DNA of 52,905 nt from an uncultured Mycoplasmatota bacterium (lineage in GTDB: Bacteria > Bacillota_I > Bacilli_A > RF39 > UBA660): NCBI GenBank assembly GCA_946530475.1, contig CAMNAC010000001.1, positions 1-52,905 of the forward strand. Reading direction: 5' to 3'. Below the pieces are notes generated by a model. It searched no databases. It was not told where the DNA came from and saw nothing but the letters and a program-made list of their open reading frames with translations. Each line of letters starts with the position of its first letter. Positions within the stretch are counted from its first letter, which is position 1. This document shows, one piece after another, positions 1 through 9,615 of the stretch. Both the position numbers and the translations under genes were made by a program.

Positions 1-661
1 CTGGAGTATTGTTCTCATGACTTAAATGGATTAAAACAACGCCTTCTGTTTGTTCCCCAATAAAACTCGATAAATAGTTGGAAGAGTCTAAATTAGATAA
101 ATGTCCTCTATCTCCTAATATTCTCTGTTTTAAATAATAAGGATATTTCCCATCCATAAGCATTTCGATATCATGATTACTTTCCATAATATAAAAGGAA
201 TGATTTTTTAACTTTTTATGATATTTTTTATTGATGTAACCAGTATCGGTTATATAAACTACACTTTTCTCATCGGAATAAAAAATATAACCATTGGAAT
301 CATCTGCATCATGAGAAGTTTTAAAAATTTCTACTTTTAAATCATTTAACAAAAATGTATCATCCTCTAAAATTACATAATCAGAAATAGAAATCATTTT
401 ACTTAATTCTTTATACATTTTTTCACTTAAAAATAATGGCATTTTATATTTTTTTAAGAATACTTTTAAACCACTTATATGGTCACTGTGGATATGCGTA
501 ATAAAGATACCTTGGATTGTTTTGGGATCAACATTTAATTGTTTTAATTCTTTCTCTACATAAAGAGAAGTGGTTCCTAAATCAACTAGGATTCTTGTAC
601 CTTTTGTTTCTATAAAGGTACAATTTCCTTTGGAACCACTTGCTAAAACTGAAAATCTCAT
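1..661 (-). CDS. MBL-fold metallo-hydrolase, YycJ/WalJ-like; N-terminal part only, the gene runs off the window start
   Basis: Manual minus-strand translation from the ATG at 659-661 gives MRFSVLASGSKGNCTFIETKGTRILVDLG...ITHIHSDHISGL, which contains the HxHxDH metallo-beta-lactamase motif. The start overlaps the upstream stop by 1 nt (TAATG). The ORF is absent from the track because it is truncated by the window edge. Confidence 0.75.
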   Translation of the reverse strand, partial: MRFSVLASGSKGNCTFIETKGTRILVDLGTTSLYVEKELKQLNVDPKTIQGIFITHIHSDHISGLKVFLKKYKMPLFLSEKMYKELSKMISISDYVILEDDTFLLNDLKVEIFKTSHDADDSNGYIFYSDEKSVVYITDTGYINKKYHKKLKNHSFYIMESNHDIEMLMDGKYPYYLKQRILGDRGHLSNLDSSNYLSSFIGEQTEGVVLIHLSHENNTP

Positions 662-2115
662 TAGTACATACTAAATGGAGATACGGTATATCCACCACGA
701 TATGGTTGACCTACCCATACTTCCAAGTGTAAGTGTGGACCTGTTGCGGCCCCTGTTGATCCAACATATCCAATTACTTGACCTTGCGCTACTACTTGTC
801 CAACAGAAACAATTGGCCATGAATTTTGATGAAGATATCTTGTCCAATATCCGTTATTATGGTCAATTGTGACATAATATCCGTTGACACTTCCATAGTT
901 TACATCTGTAACTACTCCATTTGTTACAGCATAAATTGGAGATCCATATCCGGTACCTGCAATATCAAGTCCAGCATGGAAACTACGTTCTCCAGAGAAT
1001 GGATCAATACGCCAACCATATGGAGAAGAAATCGTCCATCCACTATCAGTTGGCCAAGTCCAGTCACCAGTACGTCCAATACTAGGTACTTGTCTTGTTC
1101 CAAGCGCAATAATTTTATTAACTGCAGGTTTTAGAGTTTCATTACTGATTGGGTTAATAAATGTAATGGATCCATTAATTCTTTTCACTTCTTGGCTAAC
1201 TCTTTCTAATCCATTTTCCCCTGCTCTTCGAACAACTTCTGTTCCAACAACTAAACTGTCATCATAAACTTCTTCTACTTTATAATTACTTTCAATATCT
1301 TGTACCACATAAGATTCTTCTACAACATTTATTTTTGCATCTGTTACACCAATCGTTACTTCTTGACCTGGGAATAACAAATTCTTTTCACTTGTAAAAG
1401 TTGGGTTAGATATTAAAAATTCTTCAACTGATATTTCATTTTGAAATGCAACACTTTCAATAGTATCTCCTGCTTGTACAATATATTTTCTTTGCTCTTC
1501 TGTAGTACCAAACAATAGATATTTCGCTAACTGTTGAGATGTCGTATAGATTGTTTCACTAACTGGTATATATGTTTCTTTATAGGTAATATCATCTTCT
1601 AGATAGACATTGGTAATTTCTTTTCCGGTTGAAACAATTTTAAGTTGGGTCCCATCTAGATAAGCTTGGTAGCTATTTTTACCAACAAACGTATAAATCA
1701 TTTCCATAACCGCATCTTTAAAGATATCTGGGCTCGTAACATATACTTTAATCGTTTCGTTTTCTTTTTTGATGTTAAATACATATCCATGAATCGTAAA
1801 AGGACTTTTTTCTTCAATCTTAGAATAGATATCTTCTATTTTTGATAATTTATTATTAAACGTATTAATCTTTTTAATTTGTAATCCATTGGGAGCATAA
1901 ACATTTTCTACTTGATACTTTTGTTTAATAGAATCTCCCTTTTTATTGATGTAATCTTCTAATTCCTTTTTTGATGTAACAGTTCCTAATATTTCATTAT
2001 CTAAATATACTTGATAATAAGAATTCGGTTCTTTTGTCGTATTAAAATTAAATCCTAGTAAAAAAGTTGAAATTGCGATAATAATTCCAATCGAAATGAA
2101 TGAAAATTTTTTCAT
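661..2115 (-). CDS. Secreted or membrane-anchored M23 family metallopeptidase with LysM and G5-like segments
   Basis: Track ORF 661..2142. The likely true start is MKKFSFISIG at 2115, downstream of an AAGGAG RBS. A LysM-like segment (YIVQAGDTIESVAFQNEISVEEF) is present. The M23 catalytic motifs HAGLDIAG and GPHLHLEV lie at the C-terminus. Confidence 0.8.
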   Translation of the reverse strand: MKKFSFISIGIIIAISTFLLGFNFNTTKEPNSYYQVYLDNEILGTVTSKKELEDYINKKGDSIKQKYQVENVYAPNGLQIKKINTFNNKLSKIEDIYSKIEEKSPFTIHGYVFNIKKENETIKVYVTSPDIFKDAVMEMIYTFVGKNSYQAYLDGTQLKIVSTGKEITNVYLEDDITYKETYIPVSETIYTTSQQLAKYLLFGTTEEQRKYIVQAGDTIESVAFQNEISVEEFLISNPTFTSEKNLLFPGQEVTIGVTDAKINVVEESYVVQDIESNYKVEEVYDDSLVVGTEVVRRAGENGLERVSQEVKRINGSITFINPISNETLKPAVNKIIALGTRQVPSIGRTGDWTWPTDSGWTISSPYGWRIDPFSGERSFHAGLDIAGTGYGSPIYAVTNGVVTDVNYGSVNGYYVTIDHNNGYWTRYLHQNSWPIVSVGQVVAQGQVIGYVGSTGAATGPHLHLEVWVGQPYRGGYTVSPFSMY

Positions 2116-2128
2116 AGTTTCTCCTTTC

Positions 2129-3466
2129 CTAAGATCCATCATTTACAAAATTTACGAATGTACTTGTATTTTTCTTAAATAATAGATCAATTGTTTTTGT
2201 AGGTCCGTTACGATGTTTTGCGACAATAAATTCACTCTTACTTGTAAATTCATCAACAGATTCTTTCGTATAATAGTCGTCACGATATAAAAATGCGACG
2301 ATATCTGCATCTTGTTCAATAGAACCTGATTCACGTAAATCAGAAAGTAATGGTCTTTTGTCATCTCTACCCTCTACACTACGAGATAATTGTGCTAAAG
2401 CGATGACTGGAACATTTAATTCCATCGCTAATGTCTTTAACGATCTTGAAATTTCAGATACTTCTTGTTGTCTATTTCCTGCATATCTAGCAGATCCAGA
2501 AATCAACTGAAGATAGTCAATGATAATGATGCCAAGTCCACCTTGTTCACTATCTAACCTACGACATTTTGCCCTGATTTCTCCAATTGTCATACCAGGG
2601 GTATCATCAATGAATAATTTCGTATCAATTAAACGACTCATTGCTTCATTGACTCTTTTCCAATCTTTATGTTCTAATTTCCCGTTACGTAGTTTATAAC
2701 CTTCAATTTGTCCAAGGGAAGATATCATACGAGTTGCTAATTGTTCAGCACCCATTTCCATGTTAAATAAAGCAACTGGCTTCTTACTATTAATAGCGAT
2801 ATTCGTTGCGATATTTAAAGCAAAAGCTGTTTTTCCCATACCAGGACGAGCTGCTATAATGATTAATTCATTTTCATGAAATCCAGATGTTAATTTATCA
2901 ATATCATAAAATCCAGTCGCTATTCCTGTTACTTCTCCATCATTTTGAGAAAGTCTTTCCAAATCAGATTGTGTTTTAGAAAGAATATCTTTCATATTAC
3001 GAAATTGAGTTCCTTTTTTGGATTTTACAACATTCGTAACTTTTCTTTCTGCTGTTTCTAATAAATCTGTTAAATCTTCTGTTGAAGTATATACTTGATT
3101 TACAATTTCACTTGCTTCTTCAATTAATCTTCTTTTAATCGAACACTCTTCTACAATTCGAATGTATTCATCCACATTAGAGGCAGATGGAACAGCATTT
3201 ACAATTTCTGCTAAATATTCAACATTTCCTACTTGTTTTAATTCTTTTTTTTCATCTAATTCTGCTGTTACAGTTGTAATATCAATAGGTTTCCCTTTAT
3301 CTACAAGTGAACTTATCGCATCAAAAATAATCCCATTTGATTCATAATAGAATGTTGCTTTTTGCAGATTTTCCAAAGCTTTTTGAACAGCTGTTTTTGA
3401 TAAAAACATAGATCCTAAAACAGATTTTTCTGCGTCGATATTATGAGGCATTACTTTTTCTGCCAT
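2129..3466 (-). CDS. dnaB: Replicative DNA helicase (DnaB family; named DnaC in Bacillus)
   Basis: The N-terminus MPHNIDAEKSVLGSMF and the Walker A motif AARPGMGKTAFALN are present. The rplI-dnaB synteny is conserved. Confidence 0.95.
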   Translation of the reverse strand: MAEKVMPHNIDAEKSVLGSMFLSKTAVQKALENLQKATFYYESNGIIFDAISSLVDKGKPIDITTVTAELDEKKELKQVGNVEYLAEIVNAVPSASNVDEYIRIVEECSIKRRLIEEASEIVNQVYTSTEDLTDLLETAERKVTNVVKSKKGTQFRNMKDILSKTQSDLERLSQNDGEVTGIATGFYDIDKLTSGFHENELIIIAARPGMGKTAFALNIATNIAINSKKPVALFNMEMGAEQLATRMISSLGQIEGYKLRNGKLEHKDWKRVNEAMSRLIDTKLFIDDTPGMTIGEIRAKCRRLDSEQGGLGIIIIDYLQLISGSARYAGNRQQEVSEISRSLKTLAMELNVPVIALAQLSRSVEGRDDKRPLLSDLRESGSIEQDADIVAFLYRDDYYTKESVDEFTSKSEFIVAKHRNGPTKTIDLLFKKNTSTFVNFVNDGS

Positions 3467-3478
3467 AATTTCACTTCC

Positions 3479-3919
3479 TTACTTTTTTAATTCAACTTTT
3501 ATAGTTGCGATCACTTTTTTATGAAGTTCTACTTCTACATTATGAGTTCCTAAAGAAGCAATTTCTCCATCTATTTTAATTTTTTTCTTGTCTATATCAT
3601 AACCAAGTTTTTTTAATTCGGAACTAATTTGTTTCGTACTAATGGCTCCAAATACACGGTCTTGACTTCCTGTTTTTACATGAAAAACAATTGGTTTTAA
3701 TTCTAACTTCTTTTTTAAATCCTGCATATCTTTAATCAGCAAGTTTTCTTCTAAAGCTTTTTCTGAATTTTCTTTTTCTAAATGTTTTAGATTCCCTGAA
3801 GTTGCTGGAACAGCATACCCATTTTTCACTAAAAAGTTCATACCATATCCGTCTTTAACTTCTTTTACTTCCCCTTTTTTCCCTTGATTTTTTAAGTCTT
3901 TTATAAAAATCACTTTCAT
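3479..3919 (-). CDS. rplI: 50S ribosomal protein L9
   Basis: The protein starts [30 protein letters not shown], a typical L9 N-terminus. It sits immediately upstream of dnaB. Confidence 0.95.
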   Translation of the reverse strand: MKVIFIKDLKNQGKKGEVKEVKDGYGMNFLVKNGYAVPATSGNLKHLEKENSEKALEENLLIKDMQDLKKKLELKPIVFHVKTGSQDRVFGAISTKQISSELKKLGYDIDKKKIKIDGEIASLGTHNVEVELHKKVIATIKVELKK

Positions 3920-3923
3920 TTTA

Positions 3924-4892
3924 TCACCTAATTATATCCATTAATTTATGTTTTGCTTCTATTAAAGAAATTCCTTTTAATTGACAAGCTGCCTCATGAT
4001 AGTGTCCTCCACCACCTAGTGCTTCCATCATTTCTTCCACATTAATGTCTCCTAATGATCTTGCGCTAATTCCAACAATATCATCATCTAACCTTCCTAT
4101 CGTAAAAGCTGCATTAATTTTTTTAAACTGCAATAAGGATTCCGATATAATCGCAAGATCTTTTGCTTGTACAATTTGTTCATCCATCATACATAATGCA
4201 AAACCATCTTTTACAATATCACTTTTTTTAACAAAATCAAGTCTTTTCAAATAATCTTCTTTTGTTTCTCTCATAAACTCAAGTTTTTGAATATTATCTG
4301 CTCCCATCTTCATTAATAAAGAGGAAGCTTCAAATGTTGCATCTGTTGTTTTCATACGGTATTCATTGGTATCTACCGATATTCCAGCTAACATAATAGA
4401 GCTTATAATTGGTGGTAATTCTACATTTAAGTATTTTGCATAATGTACCATAAATTCTACTACACTTGACAAACTAGAATTCATATAAGACATAATGGTA
4501 TCTTTTATATATCCATTGCCTTTGATATGATGATCAATTACGATCACATCTTTTATTTGTTCCAATAATTTTGGATAAGCGACCCTTTCGTATTTATGAG
4601 TATCTACTACTATAATAAGTGGATTATTTCCAATTTTCTTTTTATAATTATGTCCAAACAATAATTGAATCGATAATGGTTTTAATTTTTCAAAGGCATT
4701 TTGGATACTTTGATCCATAGAAGTAATTGGGCGATCTAAAAATAAGTAACAATCTTTTTCAAATTTCGATACAATTTCATAAAGACATAATGCAGATCCT
4801 AATGCATCAAAGTCAATTTCTTGATGACCCATAATAAAAATTGTATCATGTTCTTTTATTTCTTTTGTAATTTGATTAAATACTTCAACCAT
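3924..4892 (-). CDS. DHH/DHHA1 family phosphoesterase, GdpP-like catalytic module only (322 aa)
   Basis: The DHH motif (VIDHH), the DHHA1 GGGGH motif and a [30 protein letters not shown] segment resemble the c-di-AMP phosphodiesterase GdpP. The gene occupies the gdpP(yybT)-rplI-dnaB syntenic position. It lacks the TM, PAS and degenerate GGDEF N-terminal half. Confidence 0.7.
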   Translation of the reverse strand: MVEVFNQITKEIKEHDTIFIMGHQEIDFDALGSALCLYEIVSKFEKDCYLFLDRPITSMDQSIQNAFEKLKPLSIQLLFGHNYKKKIGNNPLIIVVDTHKYERVAYPKLLEQIKDVIVIDHHIKGNGYIKDTIMSYMNSSLSSVVEFMVHYAKYLNVELPPIISSIMLAGISVDTNEYRMKTTDATFEASSLLMKMGADNIQKLEFMRETKEDYLKRLDFVKKSDIVKDGFALCMMDEQIVQAKDLAIISESLLQFKKINAAFTIGRLDDDIVGISARSLGDINVEEMMEALGGGGHYHEAACQLKGISLIEAKHKLMDIIR

Positions 4893-4929
4893 ACTATCGC
4901 CTCTATATCATTATACTATAATTTGAAAG

Positions 4930-4956
4930 AAAAAAAAAGAGAGGATATCCTCTCTC
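4930..4956 (-). terminator. Rho-independent terminator after the 4955..5464 gene
   Basis: The stem AGAGAGGA / TCCTCTCT (4938-4955) is followed on the minus strand by a long T-run. Confidence 0.6.
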
Positions 4957-5464
4957 AAGCTTGTTCAAATCCCATAGAAAGATTTAAAATTGGAATTCGA
5001 ATTTCTCCTCTTTCTTCTCCCTTATATTGAATCGTTAATCTCATCGTTTTGGTTGTTCCTTCATCCCAAACATCTCCAAGACTAACAGATATTCCATCTG
5101 CATAAGTTACATAGGCTTCATAATCTTCGCTTTCCTCATTTAAAATAGATAAAGAAACTAACATTGATTTTAATTTTCCTTCATTTTTTACATCAAATAA
5201 ATAATACACAGAACTTTCAGAATCACCTAAAACGATATCCCTGATAGTAAAATTATTTCCTTGGTGTAAGACAGCTCCAGCCTGTGCATTATGAACTAGA
5301 AAAGCACTGCTGATATTCTCGATTCTACTCTCTACAACACCTGTTACATAGGCATTAGAAGTAATTTCTGCCTTTAAAGTATTATCTAAAACGTAATCCA
5401 TCATTATAAAACCAACTAAAACAACAAACGCTATAAAAATTGAAATCTCTTGCCATTTTTTCAT
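4955..5464 (-). CDS. Hypothetical signal-anchored protein (169 aa)
   Basis: An N-terminal hydrophobic helix (ISIFIAFVVLVGFIMM) is present. I recognise no other motif. The gene has its own terminator. Confidence 0.5.
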   Translation of the reverse strand: MKKWQEISIFIAFVVLVGFIMMDYVLDNTLKAEITSNAYVTGVVESRIENISSAFLVHNAQAGAVLHQGNNFTIRDIVLGDSESSVYYLFDVKNEGKLKSMLVSLSILNEESEDYEAYVTYADGISVSLGDVWDEGTTKTMRLTIQYKGEERGEIRIPILNLSMGFEQA

Positions 5465-5543
5465 AGAATCACCTATCTTATCTAATTTTATTATAACCGA
5501 TTTTGAAAATTTTTCAAGTATTTTAAAAAAAGAAAAAAGATTT

Positions 5544-6467
5544 TTAATCTTTTTTTATACGATTCACAAATTCTTTTAATTTACGAAATCTATGGTGAAT
5601 TCCAGATTTTGTGATTTTTGTACCTGTTTCTACACTGATAATTTCACTTAGTTCATTTAAGGAAACTTCTGGATATTTTTTTCGATAGGTTGCGACAATC
5701 TTCACTTTTTCATCCAATAAATCAAATACCCCTTTTTCTTCAAGAAATTCAATTTCTTTTAACTGTTCCATCCCTGTTTGGATAATTTTATCTACATTTG
5801 CTTGTTCGCAATTGTTTAATCTATTTGTCATGTTTTTATGGTCTCTATAAATTCGGATATCTTCATAATACATAACCGCATCATAGGCTTTAATAATTCT
5901 TAAGAAATCTCCTATTTTTTCTGCTTCTTTCACATAAATCATGTATTTATTATCTCTTTTTAAAACTTTACTATTTAAATCATACCTGTTTAAACATTTT
6001 TGAATAAACTCTGCATACTTTTTAGAATCCACTAAAAACTCCAAATGATATCTTGATGTTTTTGGGTCATTGATACTTCCTACTGCCAAAAAAAGCCCTC
6101 TTAAATAAGCTCTTAACAAATCTTCATCATCCACCATATAAGACTTTGGAACATCTAAATAGATTCCATAATCTAGAATAGATAAATCTGTTAATATAAG
6201 TTCTTTTTTTTGATGAAATTCTAATACATATAAAAAGCCTTTTTTAAAATTATATCCTTTTCTTACAGAAACACTTGGATGTACATCATAAGTATCTTTT
6301 ACTAGTCCAAATACTCTACGCGCAACACTTGCGTTTTCCGTTACTATTCTTATTCCATCACGGTAAGTACCAATCGTTCTAATAATTGCGGATAGTTCTG
6401 AAATATTTTCTGAATCAATCGTACTTAATTTACTTACTTCATTTTTTACGGTACTCGTAAAAGACAT
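5544..6467 (-). CDS. whiA: DNA-binding protein WhiA
   Basis: The protein starts MSFTSTVKNEVS, has a LAGLIDADG-like middle region, and ends in a C-terminal HTH (SLNELSEIISVETGTKITKSGIHHRFRKLKE). It lies downstream of yvcK, as in other Firmicutes. Confidence 0.9.
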   Translation of the reverse strand: MSFTSTVKNEVSKLSTIDSENISELSAIIRTIGTYRDGIRIVTENASVARRVFGLVKDTYDVHPSVSVRKGYNFKKGFLYVLEFHQKKELILTDLSILDYGIYLDVPKSYMVDDEDLLRAYLRGLFLAVGSINDPKTSRYHLEFLVDSKKYAEFIQKCLNRYDLNSKVLKRDNKYMIYVKEAEKIGDFLRIIKAYDAVMYYEDIRIYRDHKNMTNRLNNCEQANVDKIIQTGMEQLKEIEFLEEKGVFDLLDEKVKIVATYRKKYPEVSLNELSEIISVETGTKITKSGIHHRFRKLKEFVNRIKKD

Positions 6468-6479
6468 ATGCTCTTCCTC

Positions 6480-7427
6480 CTATACAATGCTTGAAAAAAT
6501 ATGGAATGCAAGTTTCATGGTATTATGACGAATGGTTCCTGTTTCTACACTTACTAAATCATCTTCAATTACTTGTACTCCTAATTTTTTTAATTCAGAT
6601 GGATCGATTTTAACAGGATCCTTTTGCTCTAAAGATGCATATTTTTGAATTAATTTTGCATCGATCGTTCCATTATTCATTATGACAATATCCACTTTTC
6701 TCTTTTTCAAATAAGAATTTAATACTTTTATGTGATCTCCTACTGTAAAATTATCTGTTTCTCCTGGTTGTGTCATGACATTGCATGCATATAGGATTCT
6801 TGCCTTGCTTTTTTTAATAGAATCTACCATCTCATCTGAAATTAAATTTGGCAGAATTGATGTATATAAACTTCCCATACTGAAAACAATTAAATCGGCT
6901 TCTTCTATAGAATCTAGCACTTCAGGGCATACTTTTGGTTCTTCTTTATAAAAAATTCGTTTGATTCCTTTTAAAGAATCTGTTATATGATGTTCTCCTT
7001 CTATAATACTTCCGTCTTTCATTTCTGCCATCAATGTCACATTATCTTCTGTCAAAGGAAGAATTCTACCTTTTAAATTTAATATTTTACCTAACGCTTC
7101 AATCCCATCTGACATATTCCCAGTAATATTGTCCATAGCAGTTAATAGTAAATTTCCTACTGCATGACCATTTAAATCGGAAGTAGTTTCAAAACGATAA
7201 TTCAATAGTTTTTCCACTAACGGTTCTGTTTCAGACAACGCAACTAATACTTGTCTAATATCTCCTACTGCTGGAGTTTTAAATTCTTCTCTAAGTCTTC
7301 CCGTACTTCTTCCATCATCACTTACTGATACTACTGCGGTAATATCAATTGGAAACTGTTTTAATCCACGAAGTAATGTGGATAATCCAGTACCTCCACC
7401 CAATACAACTACTTTCTTTTTCATCAA
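6480..7427 (-). CDS. yvcK: Gluconeogenesis factor YvcK (CofD-like family)
   Basis: The N-terminus KVVVLGGGTGLSTLLRGLK is typical of the family. The yvcK-whiA pairing is conserved. Confidence 0.9.
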   Translation of the reverse strand: MMKKKVVVLGGGTGLSTLLRGLKQFPIDITAVVSVSDDGRSTGRLREEFKTPAVGDIRQVLVALSETEPLVEKLLNYRFETTSDLNGHAVGNLLLTAMDNITGNMSDGIEALGKILNLKGRILPLTEDNVTLMAEMKDGSIIEGEHHITDSLKGIKRIFYKEEPKVCPEVLDSIEEADLIVFSMGSLYTSILPNLISDEMVDSIKKSKARILYACNVMTQPGETDNFTVGDHIKVLNSYLKKRKVDIVIMNNGTIDAKLIQKYASLEQKDPVKIDPSELKKLGVQVIEDDLVSVETGTIRHNTMKLAFHIFSSIV

Positions 7428-7489
7428 ATCACCTAATAATATTATACTATATTTTTTTAAAATATGAAAAAAGAAGACATTTTTGTCTT

Positions 7490-8305
7490 CTAAAAACTAT
7501 CATCTTCCAGATTATGCTTATCATTGTACTGATTATCAAATACTGAGCCTCTATTACTCCAGAAAAATAATAAGAAGCCTATAATTGCTAGAACAATGGA
7601 AACTATTTGTGCCACTTTTAAATTGCCATACATTAAACTATCCGTTCTAAGTGCTTCAATAAAGAATCTTCCTACACTGTACCACATTAAATAAACAGCG
7701 GTTACTTGACCCATTTTATTATATTTTCTTTTTCTTACAAAGAGTAATACAACAAACCCGATTAAGCACCATATTGACTCATAAAGAAAAGTAGGATGAT
7801 AATAAGTTCCGTCAATATACATTCCATCTATAATGAATTGAGGCAAATGTAAATTTTTTAAAAAGGCTAGGGTAGTAGCTGGACCATGTGCTTCTCCATT
7901 AAAGAAATTACCCCATCTTCCAATTGCTTGCCCTAATATTAGACTTACTACAATAATATCTAATAATCTAAGGGTATGAACTTTATATTTTTTACTATAA
8001 ATTAGAATAAATAGAAAGCCAAAAAGAATTCCTCCATGAATTGCAAGTCCACCATTCCAAATCTGTGGAATTTCAATCAAATGTTGACTGTAATAATCCC
8101 AATGGAATAACACAAAATAAAGCCTTGCTCCTATAATTGATAGTGGAATTAAATAAAAAGCTAAGTTAATCATAAAGTTTTCAGAAATATGCCATTTTTC
8201 AGATTCCTTAAGTGCTAGAAAACCTCCAATAATTAACGCTAAAAAGATGAAAAAAGAATACCATCTTATCGTTACAATACCCAAATCAATCATAATTGGA
8301 TTCAT
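7490..8305 (-). CDS. lgt: Prolipoprotein diacylglyceryl transferase
   Basis: The protein is polytopic and contains GGLAIHGGILFG and GRWGNFFNGEAHG, the Lgt signature. A terminator hairpin at 7471-7490 follows the stop. Confidence 0.95.
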   Translation of the reverse strand: MNPIMIDLGIVTIRWYSFFIFLALIIGGFLALKESEKWHISENFMINLAFYLIPLSIIGARLYFVLFHWDYYSQHLIEIPQIWNGGLAIHGGILFGFLFILIYSKKYKVHTLRLLDIIVVSLILGQAIGRWGNFFNGEAHGPATTLAFLKNLHLPQFIIDGMYIDGTYYHPTFLYESIWCLIGFVVLLFVRKRKYNKMGQVTAVYLMWYSVGRFFIEALRTDSLMYGNLKVAQIVSIVLAIIGFLLFFWSNRGSVFDNQYNDKHNLEDDSF

Positions 8306-8709
8306 TTAGAAGACCCCTTTCTAATAATTGGTTCTATTACCAATGATTCCATCATCCCATTCATTAAAGAAATCAAACAAGCAACAATGAAAGAAATAAA
8401 GATTCCATGTATTTCAAAGTGATTTCCTAATAAAAAATCGGCAATATTTAAAATAAAAACATTAATAAATGGATAAAATAATCCTAAAGTAAGACCTGTA
8501 ATTGGTAATGTTAACCAAACCAAAACTGGTTTAATTGTCTTATTTAATACATAAATAATAATTGCGGTAACTAATCCCCATAATCCATAATACTCTGGAT
8601 CAATATAAATGTTCTTTTTAAAGATAAGGGAAACGGTAATCAATACAATTGCATATCCTACCATATATAACAACCAATCAAAAAAATAGTTGGTTTTCTG
8701 ATTTTTCAT
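8302..8709 (-). CDS. Small polytopic membrane protein, phage holin family 4 / DUF360 (YvlD-like)
   Basis: The track ORF extends to 8757 using a TTG start. The ATG at 8709 (MKNQKTNYFFDW) has a GGAGAG RBS 7 nt upstream and is preferred. Four hydrophobic helices are present. The stop overlaps the lgt start (ATGA). Confidence 0.6.
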   Translation of the reverse strand: MKNQKTNYFFDWLLYMVGYAIVLITVSLIFKKNIYIDPEYYGLWGLVTAIIIYVLNKTIKPVLVWLTLPITGLTLGLFYPFINVFILNIADFLLGNHFEIHGIFISFIVACLISLMNGMMESLVIEPIIRKGSSK

Positions 8710-8778
8710 ATTTACACTCTCCATATTCATTATACAAAAATTTTTCTGTTTTTTCAATCACTGAAAAGGAATGATTTC

Positions 8779-9615
8779 TCATTCCTCAAATCTTTTTCGA
8801 TAACTACAATGCCTACAAAGTTCTTCTTTTATACTATGATTTTGAAATTGTTTGATAATATCTAAAGTTCTTTCTTTTGAAAGGATGTCAGATAAAGATT
8901 CTTCCAAAAGATTTCCCAAAGCTACAATCCCATCAGCATCTAAACAACAAGGGACCACTGTACCATCCACTAAAATTCCAAAATGAGTACGCAGTCCATA
9001 ACAAGTTCCTTTTGTTTCATAGAAAGAAGATGATAGGGTAGGCCATTCAAAGGAATCTCCAGTCTCGATAAACAAATGATCGTTGATTGTTTTTTTTCCT
9101 GTTTTTTTCAATTCATTTATAATAGAAACTTGAAAATAAGATTCTATTTTTTTTAGTAACATCAAATTTTTGTTTGTTAACTGCTTGTTATTCAATGCCC
9201 AAAATCGGTAATTCATATATATTTTAGTATGAGATAATAAATAACTTGTTGTCTCTAAAATGTCTTCTATATAATTTGGTTCGGAAGAAAAAGAGTGAAG
9301 GGAGACATTAATCTGTCGGATAGAGGGGGATAATAAAATCTCTTTATTCTTTTTTAATAAAGTCCCATTTGTTGTAATATTTACTGCCATATCATGTTTT
9401 TCACATAATTTTATAATGCCCTCTAATTTTGAATGGAGTAGGGGTTCTCCTTTAACATGAAGATAAATATATTTCGTATAAGATTTTATTTCTTTTAAAA
9501 TATGTTCAAAATCTTTAAGTGACATTTCTTCTTTTTTCCTTAACATAGGAGAACAAAAAGAACAATTCTTGTTACACATATTGGTAATTTCGATATAGAC
9601 TTTTTTTAAATACAT
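8779..9615 (-). CDS. Radical SAM / SPASM-domain protein
   Basis: The CxxxCxxC motif (CNKNCSFC) lies near the N-terminus. A Cys-rich C-terminal region (VPCCLDADG ... CRHCSY) is SPASM/twitch-like. The ATG overlaps the uvrB stop by 1 nt. Confidence 0.8.
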   Translation of the reverse strand: MYLKKVYIEITNMCNKNCSFCSPMLRKKEEMSLKDFEHILKEIKSYTKYIYLHVKGEPLLHSKLEGIIKLCEKHDMAVNITTNGTLLKKNKEILLSPSIRQINVSLHSFSSEPNYIEDILETTSYLLSHTKIYMNYRFWALNNKQLTNKNLMLLKKIESYFQVSIINELKKTGKKTINDHLFIETGDSFEWPTLSSSFYETKGTCYGLRTHFGILVDGTVVPCCLDADGIVALGNLLEESLSDILSKERTLDIIKQFQNHSIKEELCRHCSYRKRFEE

